A DNA stretch of 63,156 nt, counting the filler, from Sphacelaria rigidula (Eukaryota), in the NCBI GenBank assembly GCA_964200075.2. It is 5 parts of 5 records of this genome, joined end to end, with 100 filler letters (N's around TTAATTAATTAA, not from the genome) between each part and the next. Parts side by side here need not be neighbours in the genome. Positions count along the whole stretch, not along the records: positions 37,958 to 50,508 come from CAXNAA020003643.1; 4 more parts are not named here. One strand, written 5' to 3'. Each line of letters opens with the position of its first letter. The stretch's first letter is position 1. The translations under genes and the position numbers were made by a program. The notes beneath the pieces are model-generated. The model saw nothing but the letters and a program-made list of their open reading frames with translations, had not been told where the DNA came from and searched no databases. Below, one piece after another: positions 38,102 to 50,608 of the stretch.

Positions 38102-41100
38102 TTAAACCGTCATAAGTTGTAAGTACCGGATGGCTGCGCGACATAGCGGTTCTGCGGTTTGTTCGCGAGCCCAATCGCGGTGGAAGTAGCTGGCGAGAAA
38201 CTCGCGTGGTTGACCTTTCGCTGGCGAGCCGACCAAACATGGTGGAGCAGGCGGCGGGGGAATAGGCGACAGGGCGGAAATGACGACGTCAATATCTGTC
38301 CCGGAGACCGGAGCAAAGTCGTCAGCGCCGTGCTCGGGAGCGGTAAATATCGGCGGCGCCGTGGTGGGCGGCGGGGTTGTATCAGTGCGCGGCGAAGATT
38401 GTCCACGGCTCGTGGCGCACGGGGCAGAAGTTGTCGCGGAGCTTTGCGTGTTGGTCCGCGGAACTTGTGCTGGGTGGCTCAGAGAGGTTTTAGATGTTGT
38501 CGGTGGCGGCGGGGAACTCAGTGTGTTGCGGGCGGCAGACCGGGAGCGCGTGTTGTCGGAGATAAGGTGGGTGACTGGAGGTGTCTCCGCGAAGAGTTTT
38601 GCGCAAGTACCGCAAGTGCGAAAATCGACAAAATCGGAGGTAGTGGGCTTTAACCCACCCAAGACGACGTCATATGGTAGAGGGCGAGATCCTCCCATAT
38701 GCATACCGGTTTCCGGGCACTGGAGGTCGAGGGCGTAAACGGGCGTTGAAAAACGTCGGATCGCGTAAATTCCAGGTTCATGCAGAGGTAGGCGGGAAAG
38801 AAGGTCAGCGTTCCCGTTGGTTTGGCCTGGACGGTGCTCAATGGTATACTGGTATGCTGTTAGAAACTCCAACCATCGTTGTGCACGAGGGTTGTGCTCG
38901 CCAACCTTGGCGAGTTCTTCAAGTGCTCCGTGATCCGTATAGATCTCGAAGGGCACGTGAAACAGGTATTGTCGAAGGCGCTTAATGGCCCAAGTGATTA
39001 CGCCGTCTTCCAGTTCTAGCGGGCTTCAATTGACCTCGTTGCGCAGGGTAGCGCGGCTGATATGAAGGATGGATCGGACGAAGCCATCAACCTGAGGTTG
39101 ATTCAAAACTCCTCGAAATCCGTTTATGCTGGCGTCAGTATGGAGTTGGAAAAGGCGAGAGCCATTTTGTGCTGCCTCCCAATCAGGAAAGCAAGCTACG
39201 GGCTTTACGGTAAGCGTCTTGAGTAATTGGCGGGTGATATTCTCCATTTCGGTTGTGGAAGAAAGCACGGCTCTTTTCTTGAGTAGTTCAGTAAGGGGGC
39301 AAATCCGTTTAGATAAATTCGGCAAAAATTTGCGGTAGTAGGACAGTCCGCCCAACAATGAGCGAAGCTGAGAAATGTTTGTTTGCATCGGCAAATCAGT
39401 CATCACCTTGACTTTGTTTGTATCCGGATGCAGGCCTGCTGGCGAAATGGAATGCCCCAAGAAATTCAAGTCAGTCGCACCAAGGCGAGCTTTTGATGGA
39501 GACAGTTTCAAATCGTGCGTGCGTAGGTGAGAGAGAAATTCTCGTAGAGTGCATATATGTGCAATAGGTGAGACATCGGAAGCGATAGCGTCATCCAAGT
39601 ACATGATGACGTGCTCGAGGCCCTCGGTGACGCGTTGCATTAAGCGTTGAAAGCACCCTGGGGCAGTTGCGGCGCCTTGTGGCATTCGAAGCCACTTATA
39701 GAGTCCGGGCGACGTGCAAAAAGCCGTCAGTGGGACTGTGTCAGGATGTATAGCGTTCTGAAAACATCCAGAAGCGAGGTCGAAGGTCCTGAATATTTTG
39801 CCTTCGCCTAAGGAGTCAAAGGCTTCATCAATGCGGGGAAGTAGGAGTTTGCCGACTACAGTGACGCGGTTCAACCGTTGATAATTCACTGTTATGCGTA
39901 AGTTTCCATCCTTTTGGGGGACGACTACAAGGGGCGAGGCCTAAGGAGAGGAGGAATGTTGTATTAATCCCGCTCCCAGATAAGCATCCAAGATGGCGTT
40001 AACTTTCTTGGTAAGGATCGGGTTTGTTTGTTATGGCCGAGAAGAAATCGGCGAGACACCAGGTTAGACGGTAACCTCAAAGGGCAGTGTTTTGGAATGC
40101 CCAAGATCCGTCTTGGATCGGGAAAATCGGTCCTGGTACTGTAGCAGGACATCACTGAGTTCTTGGGTGACTGCCGGTTCCCAGCCGGGCCCATGAAGGT
40201 CAAAGTTGATGTCGCGCATGTGTGGCGGCAGTTGGTTCCACATGTGCAAGAAGCTATTCCGGGAATACGGTGATAAGCGTTGAAGCACTTCAGCGGGAGG
40301 ATCGGAATACGACTGGGCAGGATCCACGGTGTGGATCTGGGGTGGAGTCGTAGAGGCGAGGTTGAAATAGGGTTCATCGACACAATCGACTGACTCCGCC
40401 AGAGCCGTCGACACAATCGACTGACTCCGCCAGAGCCGCGCCAAACGCACGTGTCGAGTAGGATGTGCATAGGGGAGAAGCGGCGATTCCTAAACATCGC
40501 CGGGTTCCAAGTTGGCATGACCCGTAAGAGGGAGGAGTTGTTGTCCCGCCGACACAGAAATTTCTGTGTCGGCTGGTGCGCCAATACGAGGTAACATTTT
40601 GGCAAGATAATGGCCCGTAAGTGGTGGCATGCCATTTCGGCAAACTAGTGCAACTTCAAGAAGTTGGGGGTCGTCGGAGAGTGTTATACCCCCGCTACCG
40701 TTATATCGTAGGTGGAAAGCAGCTCCGGTTGCTTGAGAAATCTTCTGATCAGCCAGGGCGCCGTGGAGAGTCCCGAAGTGCTCGGGGCTAAATTTTCCAC
40801 GCGGCGTGGAATGTGGCGTTAATGGTGGAAGCGTGCGGTGGGTGCGTTTATTAAACCGCATATAGCTATCTCTGCCCAGTAATATGGCGTGATGCATTGT
40901 GTTGTCGGGACAATGTATGCCCAGACTGCCAGGCTGGCAGATCGAGTGGTGTTGTGAAAGAATTGTACACTGAGACGTACGGATTTACGTGTCGTCAGTG
41001 GCGCGGCAGAATCACCGAAACCGCCCCACACGCGAGGTTTGGTGGTGGTTTCGCAAGCTGCAGTAGCAGCGCCAATCTGTTTCATGTGTTTCCATGTTGA

Positions 41101-44100
41101 TTCTCTAATAAATGTTTGCGGGCTGCCGCTATCCAACAAGGATACGCATTCCGTAGGCGTGATAGCGTTTGGACCGGAATGGATCACAACGCGAGTAGTG
41201 AAAGTGACCGGATCTACAGACACTTTACCGCCGACAAGATCCGGACCGTGTTCCGGCAGGGTAAACTGGTCAGGATCAGCGGGGCTGACAGTTAAAACGC
41301 ACGGCGGGTGATCCGCCGGTGGGTCAGATGTCTCACCAGAGAAGGGGGTGGGCGGTATATTATTTTCAGGTGTGGCACGGTCAGAGGGACCAGTGGCGAT
41401 TTCGTACATGATCGCCTTTGGTTGACAGGGATCATCGTCGAAGGGGGATCCAGAATGTGCGGGGCTGGAGTCGTCGGTTGAAGAAGTAGTGCCGTCAGAA
41501 TTATATTATTTTCCTTCTTCCGGGAGACTTGATAGAGCCGTCGAACTCAAAGTCGTCGCATTTTGAAGAGATTGAGGTCGAGGATTTCCGCTTGAAAGAG
41601 GTGTACGTCATGATGCGCGCGCGTCCTTGGGGGCATGCTTACGGGGCTTTCTCTTTCGCCGTGACAAAGGGCGGGGAACTTCCAAAATTTTGGGATGAAA
41701 CCACAACTGCGTCCAGTTGCGTGGATGGGGTCAGCATCGTGGTATGACGGAGCGAAACTTATGGGCTGCTTTCCGTAGGCAACCTTGGCTGTTGGGGCAT
41801 AGCCGAAGATATGTTGGAGCGGTTGTTAGTAAAACCGGCCGAGGGTAGGTCCGTGCGTGCTGAAAATCGCGGGGGAGGAGCTCGATCCAACTGATTGGGA
41901 ATTAACTTATCCGATTTGATCAAGTTCAAATCAGCAACGCTGGGGTCAGCTGAAAAGGGCTTGCTACTACCTGTGCGTGTGGTCGCTGAGGGAAACCTTT
42001 GCCTCAGGGACTGGCGGTTGGTCTTCCCACACCTCAGACTCATTCTCGGCACTGAAGGACCAAGTTAAAAGCCGAGTGTAGGTCTGAGTCGCGGGGTGAC
42101 ACAATTGTTACGCGGTGTGTGGAGGGATGAAGACGGGGGTCGATATGAACGGTCGTCAGTTGCACTCCTGCATAGTGCCGGGAGAGTCGGGCGGGCAATC
42201 TTGGTCGCGGGCTCTGTGGGTTGTGTTGAAAATTGTGTGGAGGTTAGAGACGGGGGTCGATTTGAACGGCCATCAGTTACGCTCCTGAATAGTGCCGGGG
42301 GAGTCGAGTGAGCAATTTTAGGCACGGACTCCGCGGGCTGTGTTGAGAAAGTCTTCGCTCGTGCTATCGACGGCGTGGAAGACCAAAGAACGCCGGCGTC
42401 GGCACGTCATGGATCTAAGCGATCTGTAGTGAAGGTACCAGGGTTTCTGGTGTTGGGATTAGAACTTTGTGTCGGTCCCGTCCGCTGGTCTGTGTCTATC
42501 AGCGGAACGTTTGTTGTCGCGAGAATTTTGATCGGTCTGGCGAGGGCTTGCGTGATCGCTGTTTTATCGGCGACCGCGATTAGAGCTTTTGTTGCCACGT
42601 TGGTTCGAATTGTTACGGTAATTTCGATTAGGTGGACGGTAGTCGCGCATGCGTTTTTGCCATCGGCGCCACGCGGGGGATCATTGTCCTGTAATTCAGG
42701 GTTCATGAGATCAAAGGCATTGACGCATGGACTGTCGCAGTTGCGCATACTGTGGCCTTGATGACTACAGTTGATGCAACTGTTGGCATGACTGCTGAAG
42801 GCATTGCGTCTAGCGGAAGACGAAAGAAGTGGGTTCCACAAATAGGGGTCATCGGTTATGAATGCCGTTGTTGAGGTCAAATAAGCATCATGCCAAGTTT
42901 CCTCGGAAAACAGCCAACCATCAAAACTCGCGCTAAATGCATCTATGGTACTCTGAACATGCATAACTGAACCGGCGACTGAGTCGGGGGTCAATGAAGC
43001 GCGAGACGAGCTCGAATTCCTGCCGCGAGCCCCTTGGGCATGAGCGGAAGACACAACCGTAGGTTGTGAACGCACAGACGTAGAAGGTTTGCCACGTATG
43101 GCAGGCGTTAGATTACCCTCTTGGTGTACAAAAGCAGACCACAAAGTATCAACGGAGGCGTAAGGCACCTCGCGATGCGCCAAGACACCCGAAAATAACG
43201 ACGGCATCAGAGCCGGATACTGTTGAGCTACGCTATTGCGAACGTACGTTTGACACATTGCATCGCTCGGTCCGTTCTGGCGTCCGACACCCGTCGTACC
43301 CGAAACCAAAAGCTTAAATTCGCGGAGATAATCCGCGAAGGGGACATCAGATGCGACGACAAAAAGAACTCAGCCTCTGGATGGCACTGGCCTGGTCACT
43401 TTTATCGAAGTAACCGATCAAACGCCTCTCCAAATCAGAGAGTAATACAGGGCCTTTCTACCCCTTGGCACGGTCTGGGTCCATCTCGGCGAGGAAGCCG
43501 TCGAGAATCTGCGTTAAAGAAGCAGCGAAGTCGGGAGAGCGACGGCTGATCGATCGATGCATTGCTTTGTGCAAGGGAGTCTACCAGCCCTCTACCCAGT
43601 CGGAATATTCGAAACGTTGTGTGCCAATCACACCCGCCAAGTGAAGGATGTTACAAACAGTACGGCGGATGGACGTGATAAGGGCAGAAATAAACTGGCC
43701 CAAATCTTCGTTATCCGCAGCAGGCATGGTTTTGATGCGCCAGAGTTTTTTTCACATCCATTTGAGTATACTGTCTCTGTATTGCAGCTACTCGGGCAGA
43801 TTCAGCTCTATCGGAAGCTGCTTTTTTGCTAGCTTCAGAACGTCATTTGTCAGCCGCAGCGGTTGCTAAGGCGCTGGCTGCAGTAGAAGACAAAGGACGT
43901 TCGGGTGTGTCCGTATCGGATAAACCTAAAATGCGGGCCGAAACATCAGTCAATTTAGGGATCACTTGCCTGGAGGTCGTGGAACCTGAGGGGGGAAGGT
44001 CTGTATGAGACCGGTTCCAGCTCGTTGCGGATGAACCGGAAGAGTTACCTCCGGAGTCCTTGCGGTGCGGTTTGCGAGGCGGGCGGTTCGGTTCGGAACC

Positions 44101-46893
44101 ACCCGAAGAGGATCCTCCACCGACATTGCGGCGGCATGAATTTCAGCCATCGTTGTCGTCGTCATCGTGCCTGTGATTCTTCTTCTGGCCCCGGCAATTG
44201 GATGTTGCGGGAGTCCACCCATCTTCATCTTCGTCTTCGTCGATGGCGGCGCCGGGATGAGTGGTGTAGGCGGCGCGAAGCGCCGCAAAAAGTTGGATGA
44301 CCGCGGCAACGTAAGTTTGGTGTTCCTGATGACTGCCAATGGTTGTTTGAAGAACCAGTTGGCCCAAGGTGAGCACCGGGACGCCCTCTTCGGGGATGAA
44401 GCCATTCTGGTCGACGTAAACCCCCACAGCATACAACATTCGGTCTGAGATTAGGGCCCATGCGTCGCGGGAGCAATGAAGGTGATTTCGGCGTTGGAAG
44501 GGACCGGTATAGGTGGTCACGGGACGAGAAAGCCACTCTCGTTCGTAGGACGCCAGTTGCAAGTCTTGTACAGAAACGGCATTCGCCGCCGAGCTCGCTC
44601 CATGAGGTGGCGGTGTTGGAGCTGTCGTGGGGGCAGCAGCGGCCGCAGCAGACGACGTCGTGTCGGACTCGCGTGGTATGACGTAAGCAGACGTGTTGGG
44701 CGTTTGCTGGCGAGGCTGGCGGACGCTGAGCAAGTGACTGGCGGAAGGCGGAGAGGCTTACTAGTTTGACAAGCGTGCCACCGACGAGTCCGCTTCTTGA
44801 GCCGTCCGCCGGACATGGTCTTCGAGCTCGCGCACCCGTCTCTGGGCCGCCATGGCTGCAGTACGGCCTTCCTGCAGCGCTCGTTGCGCCGCCGTGCTCG
44901 TGCATTGAGCATGGGAGGCCTGCCGCTAAAATTCCTTGAGCTTCTCTGCGTGGTTCTCCAGAAGGAGGCGGGCAGCGGCGGCGTCAGCGTCGCGTTGCTG
45001 ATCAAGGATGTGTTGTGTTAGTGCAGGTGCCTGTGACGCGTAGTCATCAATCAGTTGGAGCTGTTCCGCCCGGGGGCGGTTTGTGAACATCCTCAAAAGT
45101 AGGCCAGTCGGGCAGCGCTCGTCTTCGAGCGGAGGGAGAACCTCCACAGATGGGGGCGAGCGCACGGGGGCAGTGGTTGAACCACTGTCCCTGTCCGTGT
45201 CAACGTCAGACGGAGCGGCGGCGGTTAAAGGAGCAGCGGCCACGGTAGCGGTAGCAGCAGCTGCAGGGGTTGCGGCAGTGGTTGCGGCAGTGGTTGCTGC
45301 GCAAACGCCAGAGGGCTCCGTGGTGCGTTTGGCGAGAGCGGCAGGGGATCTTGTTGTGTCCATGGTTGATAGTTGTTGCTCGAGTTCTATCAAGCGTTGT
45401 TGAAGAGAACGAATAATCGCAGCATCGGAGCGGGACGGTGGATCGCGGTCAGTGTGGGGTCGTCGGTTTTGCAATGAGGTGCGGCCGGACCCTTCAATGG
45501 AGGAGTCCAGAGCCGGTGACATGTCTGAAAATATGCTTTGGATATCATCAGCATGTACAGCGTTATCATTGCGTACATGACGGCGGTGTGACAGATGCGG
45601 AGCAGGAGAGGTGCGCGAGGGCGCATAATCGGTGTTTTTCGAGCGCGAGTGAACGCGCGAAGAACTTGATCTGTGCCACAAGGCATCCTCGTGAGTGCGT
45701 TCACGGTTAGCATTCACCGGGCGCTTCTGAGCGCGCGATGAGTTGGAACTGTGACGTGAACTACCGTCATAACTGTAACCATGAGCGACGTTCTTCGGGC
45801 GTGTAGAAACGCGCGATGAATTCAAAGTTTGCTGGGAGTTGCCCTTAGAACTGACATAACGGGAGACGTGGTCGTGACCAAGTCTCAGTGTGCGGCGCCG
45901 GTCAGAAGCGCGAGTAAGGCTCTGGTGTAACGTTGAGGAAGAGCTGCGAACGGAGAGCGCGATGTCGCCGAACGGGGCGCCAAACGTACGGGTTTGGGCG
46001 TGGCAGGTGCAAAATCATCATTGAATTGTGCGTGAGCAGACGCCGATTGATCTTGGAGCGTGGCGTGGTAAAAAGCCGTGAATGCCTCGATGAGAGCTGG
46101 CGCTGGCGAGGGCGACGACGCCGATGAGGTGCGATGCCGAGTTTGCATGGCAGCATGCATGGCCGCAACTGCGGGTCCGACATTGGACTGTGCAGTAGGG
46201 CGTACGGGACTATCGAGAGTCGTGCGAAGGGGGTCCGTAACGGAAGTAGCCCGCGTGACAAAGTCTCTTGCTCCAGAAGCGATACGCTTCGTCGGGACAG
46301 AATCGTCTCGAGAGTTTTCAGCCGTCAAGCGAGGGGGTGCCACGGTTGAAGCAACCGTTACAGGGCCAAGCTGGACACGTGGGTCCAGGGGCAACGACTC
46401 AGCTGGGGGCACAATCCTGCCTTCGGATTCCACATTGGGATTCGGAAGAACAGGGCGCAGCGAGGGGGGTGCAACGGAATCCATCGTTATGGGCTCACTG
46501 ATATGTCCGTCAGGAACCAATGACTCAGCCGGTTGCACTACCTTGTTTTTCTGAGTCCGAGTCGGAACGTGAGAGAACAGGTCTCGGCGTCATAGTCTTG
46601 TCTTCAAGCCTTGAAGAACGGGCATCGCTCGAAGGTTGGTCTTCAGATCCCGAAGATCAAACAGCGCTCGCATACGTGCGGCGATGAGTTGAAGGTGACG
46701 TGACACTCATATTAAAAGATTTCGAACCGCCAGTAGTTTGACTCCGGGTCCGGCGAAGCGTTTGCTTTCCCAATCGGGGGGAAGAGTCAGCGCTATTTCT
46801 GTGCGACATGGTAATTGTACGCAACTTGTGTGCTTAAAAAGGCAGGGGTAGTGTGTCTGGTCTGCGGCTCTAATCAACAGAGCGTGACACCAA
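38102..46893 (-). mobile_element. Decayed Ty3/Gypsy LTR retrotransposon, internal region (gag, protease, RT, RNase H; integrase and 3' LTR not in the contig)
   Basis: CCHC knuckle CINCSHQGHSMRNC (~42745-42790), protease LLDSGSPQTFI (~41110-41140), RT NYQRLN..MPQGA..YLDD (39026-39889), RNase H TDAS..TDHGAL..NGNADLLSR. Stops and frameshifts present. PBS-like TGGTGTCACG at 46892-46883. Confidence 0.93.
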
Positions 46894-48910
46894 TGATGCT
46901 ACATGCAAAGGCCGAAGCTTGTATCCAGAAATACGGGATAATGGAGCCTGATAGCGCCTGAGGGGACCTTGGGACCTGGTTTACTTGAGTATTTTTATTC
47001 AAGCGAATTGCTGTATGTACGAACTATGTCCGGGGTCTGGTTAATACAACTTATTGAAGTTGTTGCGGTAATAGCTATCAACGGAGCTCGGCATTACGCA
47101 CAGAACAGACGTATGTCGTCGAAGAAAAGCGCAGACCCGATTGTCTGTAGTAGCGTTGGTACGTGAAAGTTGTACAACTTACACATGTTCCGGGTGTGGC
47201 GTCACGGGCAGACTAAAACTGTATTATCCCGGCACAAGCTGAGGGACGACTGGCGGTGTATTATGAAAAATGTTTTTTCAAGTGAGCACCAAAATTGTGC
47301 AGCGTGAGGCAGCACAAAAGCTTTCACAAAGCTCGGGATGTAGACCGCGAAATCGGACTGCGTAGTGCAGGGCGAAGGCTTGTTACATAACGGGGTTGAG
47401 GCAACGTACGTATGTGAAACAAAGGTGACGTTGTGCACAACAGGGGCAACACTGACAGCGGGTGCCGAAAAAATGTAGTGCACAGGCAAGGGGCACTGGT
47501 TTCGAGTGCTGTCTGCTCCAAGTGAGCACGTAACGTAGGTTTGGATTGTTTCAAACGAGTATTTTCGCAACGAAACCGTCTCGGAACAATAATTTTTGTT
47601 CGTTCGAGAGGAGGTCAAATGAGAAAAACCTCACAGTTCGTTGTGTTGTGTATTGTTACTTACCACGTTGATGTACCGCGTTGCCCTACGGCTGTGCGAA
47701 GTACAGAAGAGGACAATAACAACAAAGTAGCTACAAGCAACGAAGTTAAAGTACCGGAACGGGTCCAAATCTCGTGTGCAGAAGTCCGTGGTCACTTTGT
47801 GGGAGCACGGGTTGTACTTGTTCAGTAATTTCGTGAAGGAAAGATACAGCGGTTGCGTACAATCGATACTAAGAATATAAGATCAACAGAGTGCTGACTT
47901 GGCTAGGAGCTCAGGTCAGGGACAGCGTCTGACTATGAGCAACAGCGCGCCTTGTGCACTGGTGTTCTGTACAAACCTGTAGTAATAGACTTCTCCTGGC
48001 AGAAGGAAAGGGGGCAACAAGACCAAATACGCGAGCCAAGGATGGCTTGGCGCGTGATCGTGCCGAACTGAATCACCAAGGGATTTACGTCGTGCAGTCA
48101 AAACTTACACTGTGCAGCGTGCAGGTGTATATGTCACAAAATGACAGCACGGCGGGACTGGCAAGCGGTGCGCGTTGACCCAACGTAGCACAAGATATGC
48201 AGTCAAGCGCTGCAGTAAGTCGAGAAGCAGGGCACGAATACTCCTTACCAGAGGACACACAGGGTAGAAGCTTTGCAGCAGCTACTGACTATCGAGAAGC
48301 GATATGTTCGACTATTTACCGTACCGAAGAAAACACGAGGAAGCAAAAGTAATCACAAAGCTGGGATCACGCAGCTCGACGGACGGGGATACAAATCGGT
48401 ATCAAGAAGGAAACGCAATGGCAAAAGAAGAAGCTCCTTAGTCAAACGCAAATGTATTGAAGAGCTGTTGTTCTATAATTGCAAGGACACAGCCTGCAAC
48501 CCAAGGCACAAGCTTACGAGGCGAGTGGACAACAGTCAGGCTGTCCAGCTTGCAAGTGCTGCACACAGGCTCAGCTACCATATGTCAGACCAGTTTTCAC
48601 GCGGTGGTTCTTAACTTCTCCTTGATTGTCGTGTTTCTAACTCCAGTGTCCAATCAATCAATCCAACACAAATATGTCTCACCGATGCTTCGACTTCTTT
48701 CTGCTGGGAAACAGTAGTGGAGCAGTAGGTAGTGAGGCAGGTAGGCGAGCCCGATCTGCTGGAAGCAGATCTGGCTGTCACCATCTCTTGCCATATACAA
48801 GCTCATATTCGTACTCGACCAACTCTGAACAGACCTGCAGTCTTGAATACCGGAATACGCGAAATACCGAAAGCCAGACTCGATAACAGGTCTGAAGCGG
48901 CATGGCAACA
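46894..48910 (-). repeat. Putative 5' LTR (~2.0 kb) of the Gypsy element
   Basis: On the minus strand it starts TGTTGCCATG and ends CATGTAGCATCA (imperfect terminal inverted repeat), 1 nt before the TGG PBS. No second LTR is available for confirmation. Confidence 0.55.
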
Positions 48911-49519
48911 GGCTTATATGAATCTTCATGACATCTGACAGGAGATTCTATAAAATGAGGTTGATCGATGGGATGAGATCTGAGGAGGCTAGCCAGTATG
49001 CGACAAAAACCCGAGGGAAAGTACCGTCCGCAAGTGCCTTCGATCGATACGGGGGGGGGGTACTCATTTGTTGCTTGCCCTAGTCGTTCGACCATTGACC
49101 ACGCATCTCTTTCGAGACGGAGACATTGACCACGTCCCTCTGTTCCTTATTGACTGTAATATATTTTAAACGAATGATCTCCTGCTACTCGCGTGTCTGT
49201 GAAGCTCTCTCAACCGCTAGCATAATTGACAGCTCCGTACACGACGGATTCTCGACAGAGGGGATATTGTATTATTTTCTTGTTTTTATCACTCTTGTAC
49301 TCTTGGGACATTCATCATCCATCAAAACTGCCATACTCATACAACGTGCCATTCACGAAGTAGAAAAGCTTGGCATCGCATTCAGAAGACCTCCCTGACG
49401 CCGCCATCGTATCACCAATCCGCTTGGTTGTGTTGCGCGAAAATTCAAATGCTCGACAGGTACACGTTGCGTTGGGTGCAGTTCCTCATTCTTGCCATGA
49501 TCTTGCTTTTGCGGCTAGG

Positions 49520-49691
49520 TAGTGGTGGTTTGTCAGTGTATGTGTGCGTGTGAGCTGTGTTGTGGGTGTGCGCGCTGTGGCATGCCGCCTGCTCTGTTTT
49601 GGGTGGGTAGGTTCAAAAGTGGTGTGCCAGCTCTGTTGTGCGCGGGCGTGAAGCGTGTGCGATAAGTTCAGTGGCGGTCTCCGTACTACAG

Positions 49692-49724
<33 letters not shown>

Positions 49725-49802
49725 TGCAGCTAGCTAGTGATGGTTCGTCAGTGTATGTGTGCGTGTGAGCTGTGTTGTGGGTGTGCGCGCTGTGGCATGC
49801 CC
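49520..49802 (+). repeat. ~65-bp direct duplication flanking a (CTG)n microsatellite
   Basis: GTCAGTGTATGTGTGCGTGTGAGCTGTGTTGTGGGTGTGCGCGCTGTGGCATGCC occurs twice; the CTG run is at ~49694-49721. Confidence 0.8.
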
Positions 49803-50508
49803 TACCTCGAGGGCGTGTTCTTCCGTATAGTAGTAGTACAGCAGCAGCAGCTGAACACTATTAATTTTGCAACAAGAGAACGTGTTCAGGTTCTAAAAAA
49901 CACTGCAGAACTGCTGTGTTGTCTTGTGTTCAATGTAGTCCTCTGTACTACATATACCACTGCAAAATTGTGTTGTGTTCAGTGTAGTACCCTGTACTCC
50001 ATATAATGGGGTCACGTTTTGAGCAGTTCTTGAAAAGTTATGCTTGTTTTTTCTTTAATATTCTCGAAAAGTTCTGCTTGTTTTTCTGTCACAGAAATCC
50101 AATGCCGAATCTGGAATAGCCTGACATGACAACCAATTTGAAAATTGGAATGATGAATAAGCTAGGATTGTATGGTATGCCCACGTTAGGAGCTTGGTTA
50201 GCTGGAATAATGGTATCCCCTGGCACTCATACTCAGGGACCCCAGCCAATGCTCTAGCTTACTCTATCTATATCACACGTACCCCAATTCAAAGAAGTTG
50301 TCGAACTGATCCCTTCGGTGGTAGTGTGACGGCGGATATTAGTTGCTTATATAGAAGTCGTTCTCGATGTGCGTGATGTGGGCAATAGGTCGTATTCCAG
50401 CCGTACGTTAGTCACGTTATATTCCAGTCTGGTCTTACAGTATCGCCCTAGGCTGGTCACTCGTTTTACTACCTAGCTAAGACTGATTCCTAACGGAGCT
50501 ATCAGCCA

Positions 50509-50608
50509 NNNNNNNNNNNNNNNNNNNNNNNNNNNNNNNNNNNNNNNNNNNNTTAATTAATTAANNNNNNNNNNNNNNNNNNNNNNNNNNNNNNNNNNNN
50601 NNNNNNNN
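50509..50608. other. Artificial contig linker
   Basis: N44-TTAATTAATTAA-N44. Confidence 0.97.
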
